Positions 25,527 to 37,362 of a stretch of 64,000 bases of DNA are shown here, in pieces. The notes under the pieces are model-generated. The model was not told the DNA's origin. It saw nothing but the letters and a program-made list of their open reading frames with translations, and did not search any database. The stretch comes from Ramazzottius varieornatus (taxonomy: Eukaryota > Animalia > Tardigrada): NCBI GenBank assembly GCA_001949185.1, contig BDGG01000004.1, forward strand, positions 3,877,777 through 3,941,776. The letters run 5' to 3'. The position numbers were made by a program, and so were the translations under genes. Numbering within the stretch: position 1 is the first letter of the stretch; the number at the start of each line of letters is the position of its first letter.

Positions 25527-26265
25527 CTTCAATGCTGACTCCTGAAATTACCGAATAATAAGGTAGCTTCCCACCACAGAAGGCAGATCAAGACGTCGAC
25601 TGACAGTTCTGGGATCGGAATCGTTATGAACGCAGAAAACAGTGATCGAGATCAACGGAAAATGAACGTACTCAAATAGCCAGTTGATTGGCTCAAATAC
25701 AACGGGTTGATTGACGGGGTCCACTGCTCAACTTCAACAAACGCTTGACTTTAGCACCCAGACTTCAGGGGGGAAAATCTTCCAGATTCGGATCCCGCAA
25801 TTCGGATACGGCGAGGCTTTTCTTCCGCTTCGGAATAAATGCTTTTACCATTCATTCGAGATCCACTTGATCCATAAAACCTTTGAAACCTTGTATGAAT
25901 CTTAGTGATCTACAGACGCAAATAAGCCGAGGCACCGCGAAGAGCACACTTGACACCCGGAAGTACTTGAGGTTCAACCATATTTTCTGCCTTCGGGTAG
26001 GCTCAGATAAAACGACGCTGGTATCAACCAATGTTTTTCTCCAGCTGAGGTCTACGGTGGCGCGACGAGCGTATAGTTTGCTGATTGCGTGGTACTTCTG
26101 CTTGGAGCGACCTCGCGCTCCCACTCCATTTCTAAGCTTGTCACCAGCGCAGCAGGTTCCCCAGAACGATCTGTTTATCCCGAGACGCTTCTCCGAATTT
26201 AAACGCGCTGTACGACTCTTGTGGTTTACCATTTCCCGTATCTCAAAAGTACTTATTAAGTCTAA

Positions 26266-26370
26266 TTTTATACGCAAATTATCTCTGAATCGCCAGTCGA
26301 AGTCGTGTTCAGTAAAACTACGTGGCAAAAGTTACCGAGGTTCTCGACACTTCTCGAAATTGCTAGAAAT
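26266..26370 (-). promoter_or_regulatory. Putative heat-shock promoter of the DNAJB gene: HSE array plus TATA box
   Basis: TTCtcGACacTTCtcGAAatTGCtaGAA at 26341-26368 (six phased nGAAn units, four perfect) about 70 nt upstream of minus-strand TATAAAA (26272-26266); a splice acceptor just upstream of the DnaJ ATG implies a non-coding first exon. Confidence 0.6.
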
Positions 26371-28050
26371 ATTTCAATATTTTCCACTTACCGGCAGGGG
26401 GCGCTGCTGATTCAACTTGTAGGTTACAGCACAGCCTTTGAGGCTGGACACCGGCCAGTCAGAAGTCCTTGTCAGCGGTGGCTATCGTCTATTGTTCCCG
26501 ACACTGGCAGCCATACTGATAATTAAAGTGAAAACATCGGCTTCTTTGAAGTTAAACGGGATCAAACGACAACAAGTCATAAAATGGTTACTGCAAACCT
26601 TTGGTATTAACCGGAGCGGCATTCCTAGACTCCCTATTGTTCCTTTCGCGCTATAATAACAAGCGCTCATAGCAGCCAGACAAAATTCATCTGGTTTTGG
26701 CCCTCCACGCCGATACCAAGTCTTGCTAATAATCACCCAAAACAGTTCTCTTACGTGCAACATACCAGAGAACCTCGAACGCCAAGTTTTGCACCTTAGC
26801 GACCTTGGGTTTGTGCACAAATTATTTCCGAACACGCAGAAGGCTGAAGCTTCTTATCGACCTCGGCCTCCGGGTCACTGTCAACTTTAACCGTTACTTG
26901 CTTGCACGCTTACAGGTCAGGAAGCGTTACTGGGAAATTCATATTTGTAAATTCGGGCCGTATTCTAGAATCCAACTTAGATCTGTACGTGACTGCCCGG
27001 GCCGCCCGGCTGACAATCAAGCGAGTAACTCAGACCAGACGGTTAGTAAAGTTCACCATGGCTTTAATCAGGCTGTCAGCAAAGTCATCGCAATCAGTCC
27101 TTTATAGCTCCCCGACCACATATAAAATGTCTATGAATATCAAGTGATCAAATGCCGTCGAAAACGTTGGCGAGAGCTATAAAAGTGTTCCTATGGACGG
27201 ACATCCAAGTATTGAATTTCTTCTGCTTGGAATCGATGTAAACTTGGAGCGCGTACCGCTGATTAGAAGCTGGCCATGGCGCGCCAGAGAGATTGCATCC
27301 CTGTTTCCGGTTATATCTTCCGCGCCATCCCGGAACACAAATCTTGAATATTAGGAACCGTGGTCGGCAGAGGTTTATCTGATAGCGCATTCCGTAAATG
27401 CTCTAAAAGGAAGCGCCACACCTTGTAAAACGTGATTAACGATGGGAAATGCTGTTCGCGCGCGCCTGTCGTGTACTTTAACGAGGCTCGAGAAGAGGTT
27501 TACGATTTGACTCATCATATAATCGGTAAAAGACCACACAAGGTACAGGTGTAATGGCATTGTTGAAATGTCACTTTCGTGGCTGCTGATTGCAACTTCA
27601 AACGATGCCGCTCGTTTTGCATCAACGTGGTACTTGTACCGCTGTTCGCTGCACCTCTAAAGCCGGCAGGAATCCATGTCGGCCTGGAATATACATTTGG
27701 AGATTCAGAATCCAGTCAATGGTAGTTCGAAGAACTAAAAGAACGGGACCCAGCGTTCTTGCTGGTGCAGATGACCAGGTTCCGTGCAGTGCGATATGGT
27801 GGTTCCGCGTTTCTTGAAAGAGAACTCGTTTTGACAAGCGAAGCGTCTGCAGTACGCGACAACCGGAATACCACAGAATTTATGTAATCCACGACGTTTT
27901 CCGATTACGTATGAAACTCCGAGGTTTTCTGATTACGTGTGGAACTCTGCGAAAACCAAGGGCGTTATCACTTCATCATGCATACAGTTCGAGGGCATGC
28001 ACAGCAAAATATTCGTTTCATCCATGAAAATTCTCCACTCTATCAGAAGC

Positions 28051-28123
28051 GCCGACTTAGCTCAGCGGTAGATGCGCTTGCCTAGTAAGCAAGATGTCGG
28101 GAGTTCGATCCTCCCAGTTGGCT
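28051..28123 (+). tRNA. tRNA-Thr (anticodon AGT)
   Basis: Acceptor stem GCCGACT/AGTTGGC, anticodon arm CTTGC-CTAGTAA-GCAAG, T arm GGGAG-TTCGATC-CTCCC, TTTTT Pol III terminator at 28128; one extra T in the D-stem 3' strand. Confidence 0.88.
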
Positions 28124-30830
28124 ATTCTTTTTCCGAGAGGCTATTTTTAATTGTGGTAACCTGGTTGCTGGATTTCCTTCCTGCAAGAATCGCTGCTGAT
28201 ACCTATTTATTTCTAGGGCTTAGATATCTCTTTGGTACCGAAATCACGAACGTTAACGGCACGTGCAGCCGGTGTCGGCTTACTACCTCCAATTTGCCTA
28301 TCTCCGTTTACTTAGCTTTCGGAATGACATGACTTTCCCTGACTGTTCCGCAAATATGCGGTTGCTATCCATTGTCCACTTGCATACCGAATCCATGCGA
28401 AGTACGACCAACTTCCGAACCTCCTTTCCACTGTCAGCCGAGTAGTACACAACACTGAGTTTTACGGCGCCGCCTGCGACTTCCTCATTCCATCTGAGAT
28501 TTTAACGGCTTTTCCGTCGTGGTTTTCCATAAGTCTTTCGTTCCGACCGAGCGAACAAGACGCCGAATGGCGCAGCTGCTTCTGGGCAAGGCAATGACGG
28601 TGTAGTGTTGGTCGGGGTGAAGCTGGAAAATGTCCGAAAGGGCTTCTCTGATCTATGCGACATAAAAGGTGTCCATGTTGTGCATTTTGTTAGCCCCTTG
28701 CTGTGGTACATTTCGGACCACGGGACGCCCGCAGCAGAGCGGCATCATTGATCCTGCTCACAAAACGACACAATGAAGAAGAGCGCCGAAGCTGCAAAAC
28801 ATGGCATAATAAAAGTCAAGCAAACCAGGTCATCACTTTCATCAATGGCTTGTTTTGCAGCATCTTCACCCTCACATCCCTCCTCGAGATATTGGCCGCA
28901 GAAGCTGGTCGCCTCCAAATTCATCCGGAAAAAAAACTCACGGTAAAAGATGAAAACTTCAGTGAGCCAAGTCGGCAATAAGATCATCTCCCACGGAAAT
29001 CAGCTCTTCTTGAGTTTCTGTCATTCGGTTAGCCGGAAGTCAGCGTGTTATTCGGTTCTTTCCCAGAACCGAGTGTTCTGGGCCACGCCCTGTATTTAAG
29101 TGCAAGAAAAACCCATATTTCATGCCGCCAAGTACTAATATCAATTTTTGAATTGCAAAAATCTATCCGGAAAGGTCGAGACTGTTTCGGAAAGAACCTA
29201 TGCTTCATGAGCTCGTGTAGAGCTGACATATTTGGTTATCAGAAAGAGATATAGCGAACAAGCCATTATTGCAACCTTTATTACAAGCCATTTACCAGCT
29301 GTCATACAGTCATATACTACAACCTCATTTCTGTTTAATCTAGTATTTGCTATCTACTTAATCGTTACTCCCATATGCCACCCACCCTATTGAAAAACAA
29401 ATCAAAGCCAGCTCTAAATAAGAAGCAATTTCTCGGCGTTACAGGCTCGTTAGTGCGCCGACTTTACCTACCACGAAGTTTCGTTATATTTCGGGCTCTC
29501 GCGATATCTGAGCGAGGAAACCTTTTCATTCGTTCTGCTTTCTTTTCCGCTTCTGGGGACCAGTGCAAAATAAGTTGTTCATCCATTGCCACGTCGTCTG
29601 TGTTGAAATACGAAGAACTGATAGAAAGACGGGAAACAGGACATCACATTGTCGTGGACATGATGGGCAATTGTTTTGTTTCTTCGCTATGGCCAAGTAA
29701 CAACCAGCTGGACGACCTTGGGAACTGGAGTTGTTTTCAGCCTGTGGTATAGTTACACGGAAGAGCCATACTTCAGGTATAAAAATAAGGATTGTTAGCG
29801 ATGAGAACCAGCGCGTCGCTCGTGCAGCTAACTTAGAATTGCTGACGATTTCAATCTTGGGTACCAAATCCGTCAATTTCACAGTCCCGTAGAAGTATGG
29901 AGAAACACTCAATCACAGTTTCAAATTACAAGTCGGAAACTTCGTAAAATATAATATGTTTCTTCAGTCCCTCTCATAAAGACCAAAATTATCTATTTTT
30001 TCGAAACATCTGGAAAACTCAACGGTGATAAAAAGGCATGAAAATCGCGAATCTCAGACCATAATTTTCGGGCCTTTCCTTTTTTACCTGCTCATGCACT
30101 CAATCGAACGCGAACGACGCAAGTTATTAATAAAGGACACCCAGAAGAAAAGTCTAGTTTCCTGAGACCGGTCCTCTGAAGATCGAGGTACGCTCTGGAT
30201 CTTGCGAAATGATTTCACTGCCCTGGCGGAAACCAGTGTAGAGAAACACTTTCGAAACGATTTAGTTTCACGGCGTTAGACTTAACTTGGGAAAAACTAC
30301 GCTACATTCACCGGTAGACCTCATATTGATTCTTCACGGGCCAGGGAAGATATCAAGGGAAGGAAAATGTTATTCGGAAAACGCATAATCCCCCACGATT
30401 CGTTCGTTGGCACAACTCTCTGCTTATGCATGTCTAGGGACCATGTAACGGCTAGCGAAGCTGAACGAAACCAGCTTCGTACTTGTCATCCTCGCAAACC
30501 AGAACACAAAGTCGAGGCTCACGGAACCGTAGCGAGTATTTGTCACCAGCCTGCTAGCTACTCTTCTGTTCTTTTCGCTTGCTCGTAACCCCGCCCAGAT
30601 ACCTCCTTCCCCGTCGCTGTTTACCGTGGTTCTTCGATAAAACTGACGCTACCTACGTATACTACGGTTGACAGAACTTACCTGGAAGCACTATATGGCC
30701 ATGCCATCTCAGCAACATTAGTTTCTCCATTTTACAACCGTCGACGTTCCATCTGGAAAGACTGAACATTTATATTGGTTTGTAAAGGTCACTCTGCGGA
30801 ACTTCGCGTTTACTTTCTGAAATTTTGAAG

Positions 30831-33800
30831 ATGGTTCTCAACTACGGTGACCATTCAACTTACGCATCCAGCATGTTCGGATCCCACCGTTATGGTCATC
30901 CGGCGAGCCACCATCCCTACGCCCAGCTCAACGCGCTCGCCGCAACATATGGCAGCCACCAACCATCAGTTCCCGGACAGTACGAGTTCCCCCAGTATTC
31001 CCAGTCCGTGGTCGACCATTTCCCCGTCCATCATCACCAGCACCATCCAGCCATGGGACCTTATCTCTACGACTATCGAACATCGTCCGGGAACCCCGCA
31101 GGATCCGTGTCGGTCGAGCTGGACGCTTGGAGTTCTCTTCAGGGTTCTTCATCGGCTAACACCTCACTGAACTCTTCGTCGGGTAGCTCGTCGGTCTTGT
31201 CGGCAACATACAGAACTTCGCCAGCTTCGAATGCCTCTTCCGTGACCGACAGCTATGGACATAGCCAGATCTCGCCCAATCCCTGTGCGCACAACTTATA
31301 CTCGGGCAGTTCCACTCTCCAGCAGCCGTCGGCCTTCTTCGGATCTTCGAACATCAAAAGCGAGATCAGCTCCTACTATATGTCCAGCGGAGCGAGTGCT
31401 CGAAGTCCACCAGAACCTGCAACAGAAACGCACAGCACTGTCAAGACCGAAGGGTCGGAATCGGCTGGAACTCAACGGCACAAATTCGACTGGGTCAACA
31501 AGTCAGCGTACCATTCGCACAACCAACAAACGTCGACACCAGGTAACTTTTCGAATACATTGGAACTCTACGCCTTTTTGACGCGATGACATTTATTGGA
31601 TTAGAAAAACAAAAGTTCCGGCGGTGAAACGAGCGAGCTTATTGTTATCGGCAAAATTTTGCGGAATTTGTTTTCAAATTCATAATGGATTCAGCATGAT
31701 CGTCACTTCAACTGGCGCACGTATGAATTGTTTTTGCTCGAAACAGTGCGCCACTTGGGAAAACGAGCACGCTCAAGTTATTTCCCGACGTCGTGATCAC
31801 AAAAACGTAAACTTCTCCAACATTCTTGCGAGGTAACTGGAAAGCACTAAGTGCCTTTTGGGAAAAATCCGACAGTTTCCTTGGAAAAGGTCATTGGTGG
31901 AAATATTGTTATTCGGCCCATATATTTTGACCTGTGGGTCTGTATCGCTTTATGCGGCATCTTTGATGTTGGATGTCAACAAGTTAGGAACCGAAAAGGG
32001 AGCGGCAAGAGTGTGTTCATTGGTGATTCAATCTATTGTTTCATTATTACACCTCCTTGTCTGTTGATGATGGGCAGGTAGACAGGGGATGACAGTGTCG
32101 GGCGTCTTTCAGGAGGCTACTCGGCCGCCTACATTTGTTCCGGCATAGGCCAGCAGTAAACCTCCTCGTTTAGCGTTTGACTTTTTGTCCGTCCTCCCTT
32201 TGCCGATGGTGTTTGTTCGGCGGCTGTTTTGCCTTGAAGATTACAACCCTAAACGGAGATAATCTAATTAACGTTATCTCGTCAAATCCACTTCGGAAGT
32301 GCGAGAAAGAATAACAACATTACAAAAATTTGCCAACAATAGCAAATAAACACACCGCGACTATAAAAAAATCTGAAGATATTTAATTGGGGCTGTAAAG
32401 GGCGACGTGTTCTTGGGACCAAGCCTGATTGGTCTTGACCAAGCGTGGTGTGCGGCCGAAGCATTTATTGGTGCTAAATAATCAAGTAATTATACAGCTG
32501 GCCATGTCGCTTGCTCCATTTAACTGTAATTAAACCAAGCAGGCGGCGGATATTTCGACGCCTGACTTCTTTGCCAGAGCCGACGCCGCACACGACTTTG
32601 ACTGTTCTTGCTGGTGCAACTGTGTGGGTCCCTAGCCTCCCAATTGACCTGCCGTGTAATCACAGTTCGCTTTCTTGATTATTTTATCTTGATGACCTCA
32701 GCTTTCCGCGCGGTGGTCCTTTCTAGCATACATGAGAACTGGGCAAGCAAAACGTACAATAACTTTAGTTCAAGTGGCGCATATTTTTATTGTAACTGGC
32801 TCTAGGGGTGCACCACTCAAACCAACGATCTTGTACGTTCTGTTTGCCCAACTCTCACATATCATCATCCGCAATGAAAACCATCTCAGAGCTTGCAAAA
32901 GTTTGCTTTTCGACTGTGTTTGAAACCGGAGTTTCAAACGGGCCTGTTATAAAACATAAGCAATGGCGTGAAACGGACAGAATGGAGGACAAAATGGTGG
33001 CCACAGTCGAATGGATGCGACCATCGAAGGGTCGGCATTTGGCGTCGAAGTATAAAAGGTTGCCTTGTTGGGTTAGCCATGATTAATATTAGACAGGATG
33101 TCAGTTTAACAGCCATAAGAATCACCTTAAAGGTGTATGTTTGGTCGAACGTCATTCTCCTGCCAAAGGGTTCCGTGTCAAAACAAGCCTATAATTTTCA
33201 GCCGCTGTCGCACTTGCGAAAGAAAGGCTTTCGGCAAAGAATGGTGACAAGTTTTTTAAGAGTGTCATTCCATTTAACGCAACATAAATCTGCCTGTTAA
33301 GAAGGCGAGGTAGAAAGTTAGGCAAGATCGTTTTGACATGCCGAATCAACGCCATAAAATGATGTCGCGTCGCACGGTTCCGCTTCTGATTTTACCTTCG
33401 CTTCTTTTCGCTGTGAAGCTAACCGTTTCTGTTTCAGTTTCAGGCAAAACGAGAACGAAGGACAAGTATCGGGTCGTGTACAGCGATACGCAACGCAGCG
33501 ACCTGGAAGACGAGTTCTTCAAGAACAAGTACATCTCCGTTAAACGAAAAGCCGAACTGGCGCGCGAACTGCAGCTTTCCGAACGACAAGTCAAGATCTG
33601 GTTCCAGTAAGTAAATATTCTTGCTAACAAATTTCATCTAGCTTTTTGAAGTACTTGAGACCTGAAAAGACGAACTGGATCGTCATCTCAAGTGGCGCAC
33701 GCTTTCGTTGTTCCTGGCTGGAACCTTGCGCCACTTGAAAAAGGGATCTGGTTCAGTTCATTTGCCCAGCTATCGGGTATGAAACGATTTTGACTCGACG

Positions 33801-34068
33801 TTTTCTGACTCCGATTCGTTTATTCAGGAACCGTAGAGCCAAGGAGAGAAAGCAAACCAAAAAGCGACCTGCAGATGTCGTTGCCGTTCCAACTAACCAA
33901 ATGAGCGTAGGGTCAAAGCTGGGATGCAGTGGACCAGTTCTACACCCGCCCGTTATGCATTCTCATCAGCAGATGATGCAGCACCAACATCAGCTTCACC
34001 CCGCTGACATGGAAAGAATGGAAAGGTACTACGCTCACGCTGACAACCGAGCTCACCTCAAAGTCTGA
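30831..34068 (+). CDS. cad: Caudal/Cdx ParaHox homeodomain protein (exons 30831-31542, 33444-33606, 33828-34068)
   Basis: Hexapeptide-like FDWVNK; diagnostic [13 protein letters not shown]...KAELA...[11 protein letters not shown]|NRRAKERK. Confidence 0.95.
31685..31786 (+). repeat. Palindromic intronic repeat family (MITE-like), copy A
   Basis: Core GATCGTCACTTCAACTGGCGCAC...GTGCGCCACTTGGGAAAACGAGC shared with copies C and E. Confidence 0.65.
32741..32849 (+). repeat. Palindromic intronic repeat family, copy B
   Basis: GGGCAA...TTCAAGTGGCGCA...TGCACCACTCAA...ACGATCTTG...TTTGCCC. Confidence 0.65.
33661..33767 (+). repeat. Palindromic intronic repeat family, copy C
   Basis: GATCGTCATCTCAAGTGGCGCACG...TGCGCCACTTGAAAAAGGGATC...TTCATTTGCCC. 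Confidence 0.75.
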
Positions 34069-34398
34069 AGGGACGAGAACAGGAGAGCAAGTGCTTGCCA
34101 ATTCCGGGTGGACCCAGAAGCCTAGACTAGAAGCATTATATTCCTCGAAATTAATTTAGTGTATCAGTTCCCATTTCCATATCGACCCGTACTTCCCTAT
34201 CGAGGTAGCACACAATACACCTCTATTTCGATCAGTGCCCTTTAGCATGTTTAGCATTCCCGAATCCCTAAAATACTCTAAATTTGCTGCACGCTAATCT
34301 GCTACTGAGATCTGATTATTATTTATCGTTTCACCCTCGACATCGCTGCATATAAATTTGATAACCACTCCATAGCTATATTCGGTGAGCACCCAAGA

Positions 34399-36336
34399 TC
34401 AGCTTTCAAAACTTGCGGCAATTTCTCTCATCCACAAGCTGACAGCTATGGCTCCTGCATCCGGCACCTTAGGCAGATCTTTTCGCTTGGCCGAGTAGCT
34501 TGACCGACCAACCTCGGCTACCATATCCTTCGTGCCTTGCGCGGCGATCTCACACCGTATAGCCAGTTGATCCAAGACCTCGCCCAGGTCTTTCCCATTC
34601 CAGTGAACGATGTTCTCGAGCGCACTTTCCCTAATGGCTTCGAGCGCGTCCAGCATGCTCTTCTGTCCTCGTCCAGCTCTTGAGTACTTCACAAAGGTCT
34701 TCAAAGCCACACCGAAAGCCGCTATCCAGCTGGAGGATTGAGACACGTCTTCAAATCTGGCCAATGCTGTGGCAAAGCTACTGAATAGCACTCCGTAGAG
34801 CGCTCCGCCAGTCCCACCGGAAGTGGATGCGGCTTCCGCGAACAGCCGGAATAACCTGTGTGGGTCCCCGCAGTCTGAATGACTGACAACTTTGCTGATA
34901 TTCTGTGCGAGGTTTTTCAGTGTAGTTCCGCAGTCTCCGTCTCCACTAACCGCATCTAGTTTATTCAAATACTGCTCGTTGTCGATTATAGCTTGACAAG
35001 CGCCACTGACGGCCTTTCGTAAGGCCTCGCCTTGTTCCTTCGTCAACTTCCTCCTAACAAAAACATGATCTTGTACTTGTCTAGATGAAAAATCGGCGGA
35101 CACTTACGATGTAGAGGAGTGATCTACGGCTTCACTGGACTTTGGCCGCTCGAACTCGGACAAGTTGTGTTGCATCGTGCTCGTCGTGTTGACCTGCCTA
35201 AACGGGATCCACGAAGCACATTCCGTGGGAGCCATTAGACATGTCGCGACCCCCACGGAACAATTGGCAACTGTAATGGAAAACCCAGGCATTTTCAGCG
35301 ACGTCATGAACGCTCCACAAGTAATGTACAGGTCCCTCGGACGACCGCCCTTTTCGTACATCCACAGCACCGCTTCTCGGCAAACTATTTGCATCTCCAA
35401 TACAGATAGTCCTCCTAAATTGTTAATCATCATGAAAGTATGATCGTTATGTTCCAGGTCTGTCTCGCAATGAGCTTCCTCCAAGTATTCCATCATCAAA
35501 GCCACCACCTCCTTCATGGACTTGAAAAGCTCGAGTCCTGCGCCGGGTTCGTTATGTATCCCTAGTCCAATCTCGACTTCCAGCGGCTGACTATGTTTGA
35601 TAGTAGATGCATCTGAAACTTTTCCTGTTTCAGTACGTGAAAAAAGGCTGGAACGGTTCAACGATACCCCGATGGTCCTGATGGAGTTCCTGAAGGACTT
35701 CGCCGCGTGACAAATCCTCTGGAACGACCGACCTTCCTCAGCCATCGCTCCAACAAGTTTATGGACTAGTAGGGTACCACATATTCCGCGAGGTCCAGCC
35801 GATGCAGTCGTCGTAGCTATATCGTCCTCAACCAAGATCATTTCTACTTTGGTCTCTTCAGGGTCTGAGAACTCGGCTCTGTAACGTTCGATGGCCAGTC
35901 CGAAGTTCAGTCTGTCACCAGTATAGTTTTTGACTATGACGATGGTTCCTCCTTTGTGCCCGATCAACCGAAGCACCAACAGGATCTGGTCCACCGAGGG
36001 AGAAGCGAAGACGTCACCACAGACTGCAGCTGTCAGCATTCCTCGACCAACAAACCCGGCGTGGGCCGGTTCATGGCCACTTCCACCTCCTGATAGTACG
36101 GACACCAGACCGCGTTTTCTCACGGCATCCTGCAGCAGGAAAGGCATTTCGAGTTGCAGCTATAAAGAAGCAGATACCGTAATGGTTTTTGTGGACGAAC
36201 TTACTAAATCTTCTCGAACAACGATCCGTTTATCCGCAATCAGCTGGATTCTTGGAGTCAGCAAACACAGTCCTTCTAGCGATCCGTCAACCATCAAAGA
36301 TGGCTCCTTACCGAAAATAGCTCTCTGAGAACTCAT
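34399..36336 (-). CDS. TKFC: Dihydroxyacetone kinase / triokinase-FMN cyclase (Dak1 + Dak2 domains)
   Basis: SGGGSGHEPAHAGFVGRGMLTAAVCGDVFASP, KNYTGDRLNFGLA, GLGIHNEPG, LDAVSGDGDCGTT, GGTGGALYG, GRSSY, PDAGA; two short introns (about 36133-36180 and 35055-35107). Confidence 0.93.
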
Positions 36337-36714
36337 ACTGAAAACTGGGCAAAGCCAGTCGGTCACAAACTATGTATCCTACTTGCTTTAGAGCATGCAC
36401 CTGCAATAACTGAAAGTTACGTACTCTGGATGTTAAAACAGCAGCACCCTCAACCAAACAGCCACTGCCAATTAATAATAAATGGCCGCGGGCGAGTAAG
36501 GCGTTTTGTTTGTATCATAGTAGACTTCTATGAATCTATGCTTGCACTATAAGTGTGCCACTTCCGGCCATTGTCTCACACAAGGCACGAGAATACTTGC
36601 AAAACCTCATAGCCAGCTATGTGTACGATTCAACTGGGTAGCAGGTGAACTGTTCACCGTGAACATAGCGCTTACCAGAAACACGGCTGCGCTCCGCGCA
36701 AATCAGCGAGGACA

Positions 36715-37288
36715 ATGAGTAAGGAGGTCGCAGGACAGAAGTCGAAGTTGGCGAATTGGGACGGCCTGGCTGATATCATGTATCTGAAGGAAAATCTAAA
36801 GGAAGATCATTGCGTGTTCGCGAAGGTGGCCGGTTTCACCATACCTGGCGCGTTCACATCGCGTGACATCACACAGTGTACAGGCAGTCCAGTCGGTCCA
36901 GTCCAGCTGTACCGTCGTCGACGTCAAGTTCGTTGGGGTTTCGATCATCTGCCAAGGTCTTCGGAAATATCTGAATTCCTTTCGCGCTGTAAGACAGAGA
37001 CTACGCCAGTTTCGCTCTAGCCAAAACTTGTTGGAGGTAACTGATTTATTCGCAAGCCCAAGATCTGGAAACGGGCAGGTGCGCGGCATACCCGACGTCC
37101 CCGGAATCACGAAACCCTCAACAGGCGCCGATGAAACGTTCTACAGAAAAATTCCGAACAAAACGACACAAACCAAGCAGCTCCACCTAGCTAACGATAA
37201 AGTTATTCCAGCTCTGCAGTATGCAAACTATGCATTAAGAGATCACAGATATCCAGGCGCTGCTCGCGAAAATAAGAATGCTAGATAA
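36715..37288 (+). CDS. Possible small orphan gene
   Basis: The ORF from 36715 can be joined in frame to ORF 36863-37288 through a 58-nt GT-AG intron (36826-36883). No confident homology. Confidence 0.3.
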
Positions 37289-37362
37289 ATCATGAAAGAA
37301 CCGTACTAACTATCCCGACTTTTGCACAACGGAAAAAAGCTCACTCAAGACCTAAACGCAAG

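Noticed and set aside
25852-26410. Overlapping 158-aa and 175-aa ORFs
   Set aside because: No protein-like features; the region fits the DnaJ promoter and 5'-UTR intron.
28502-28987. Possible small minus-strand gene
   Set aside because: The candidate splice leads to early stops in all phases tested.
30675-30690. ACTTACCTGG resembling the U1 snRNA 5' end
   Set aside because: No U1 stem-loops or Sm site follow; more likely a reverse-strand splice-donor-like sequence or chance.
35055-35107. Apparent split or stop between the Dak1 and Dak2 ORFs (readthrough or two-gene DhaK/DhaL)
   Set aside because: Explained by an ordinary GTAAGT...TTAG intron.
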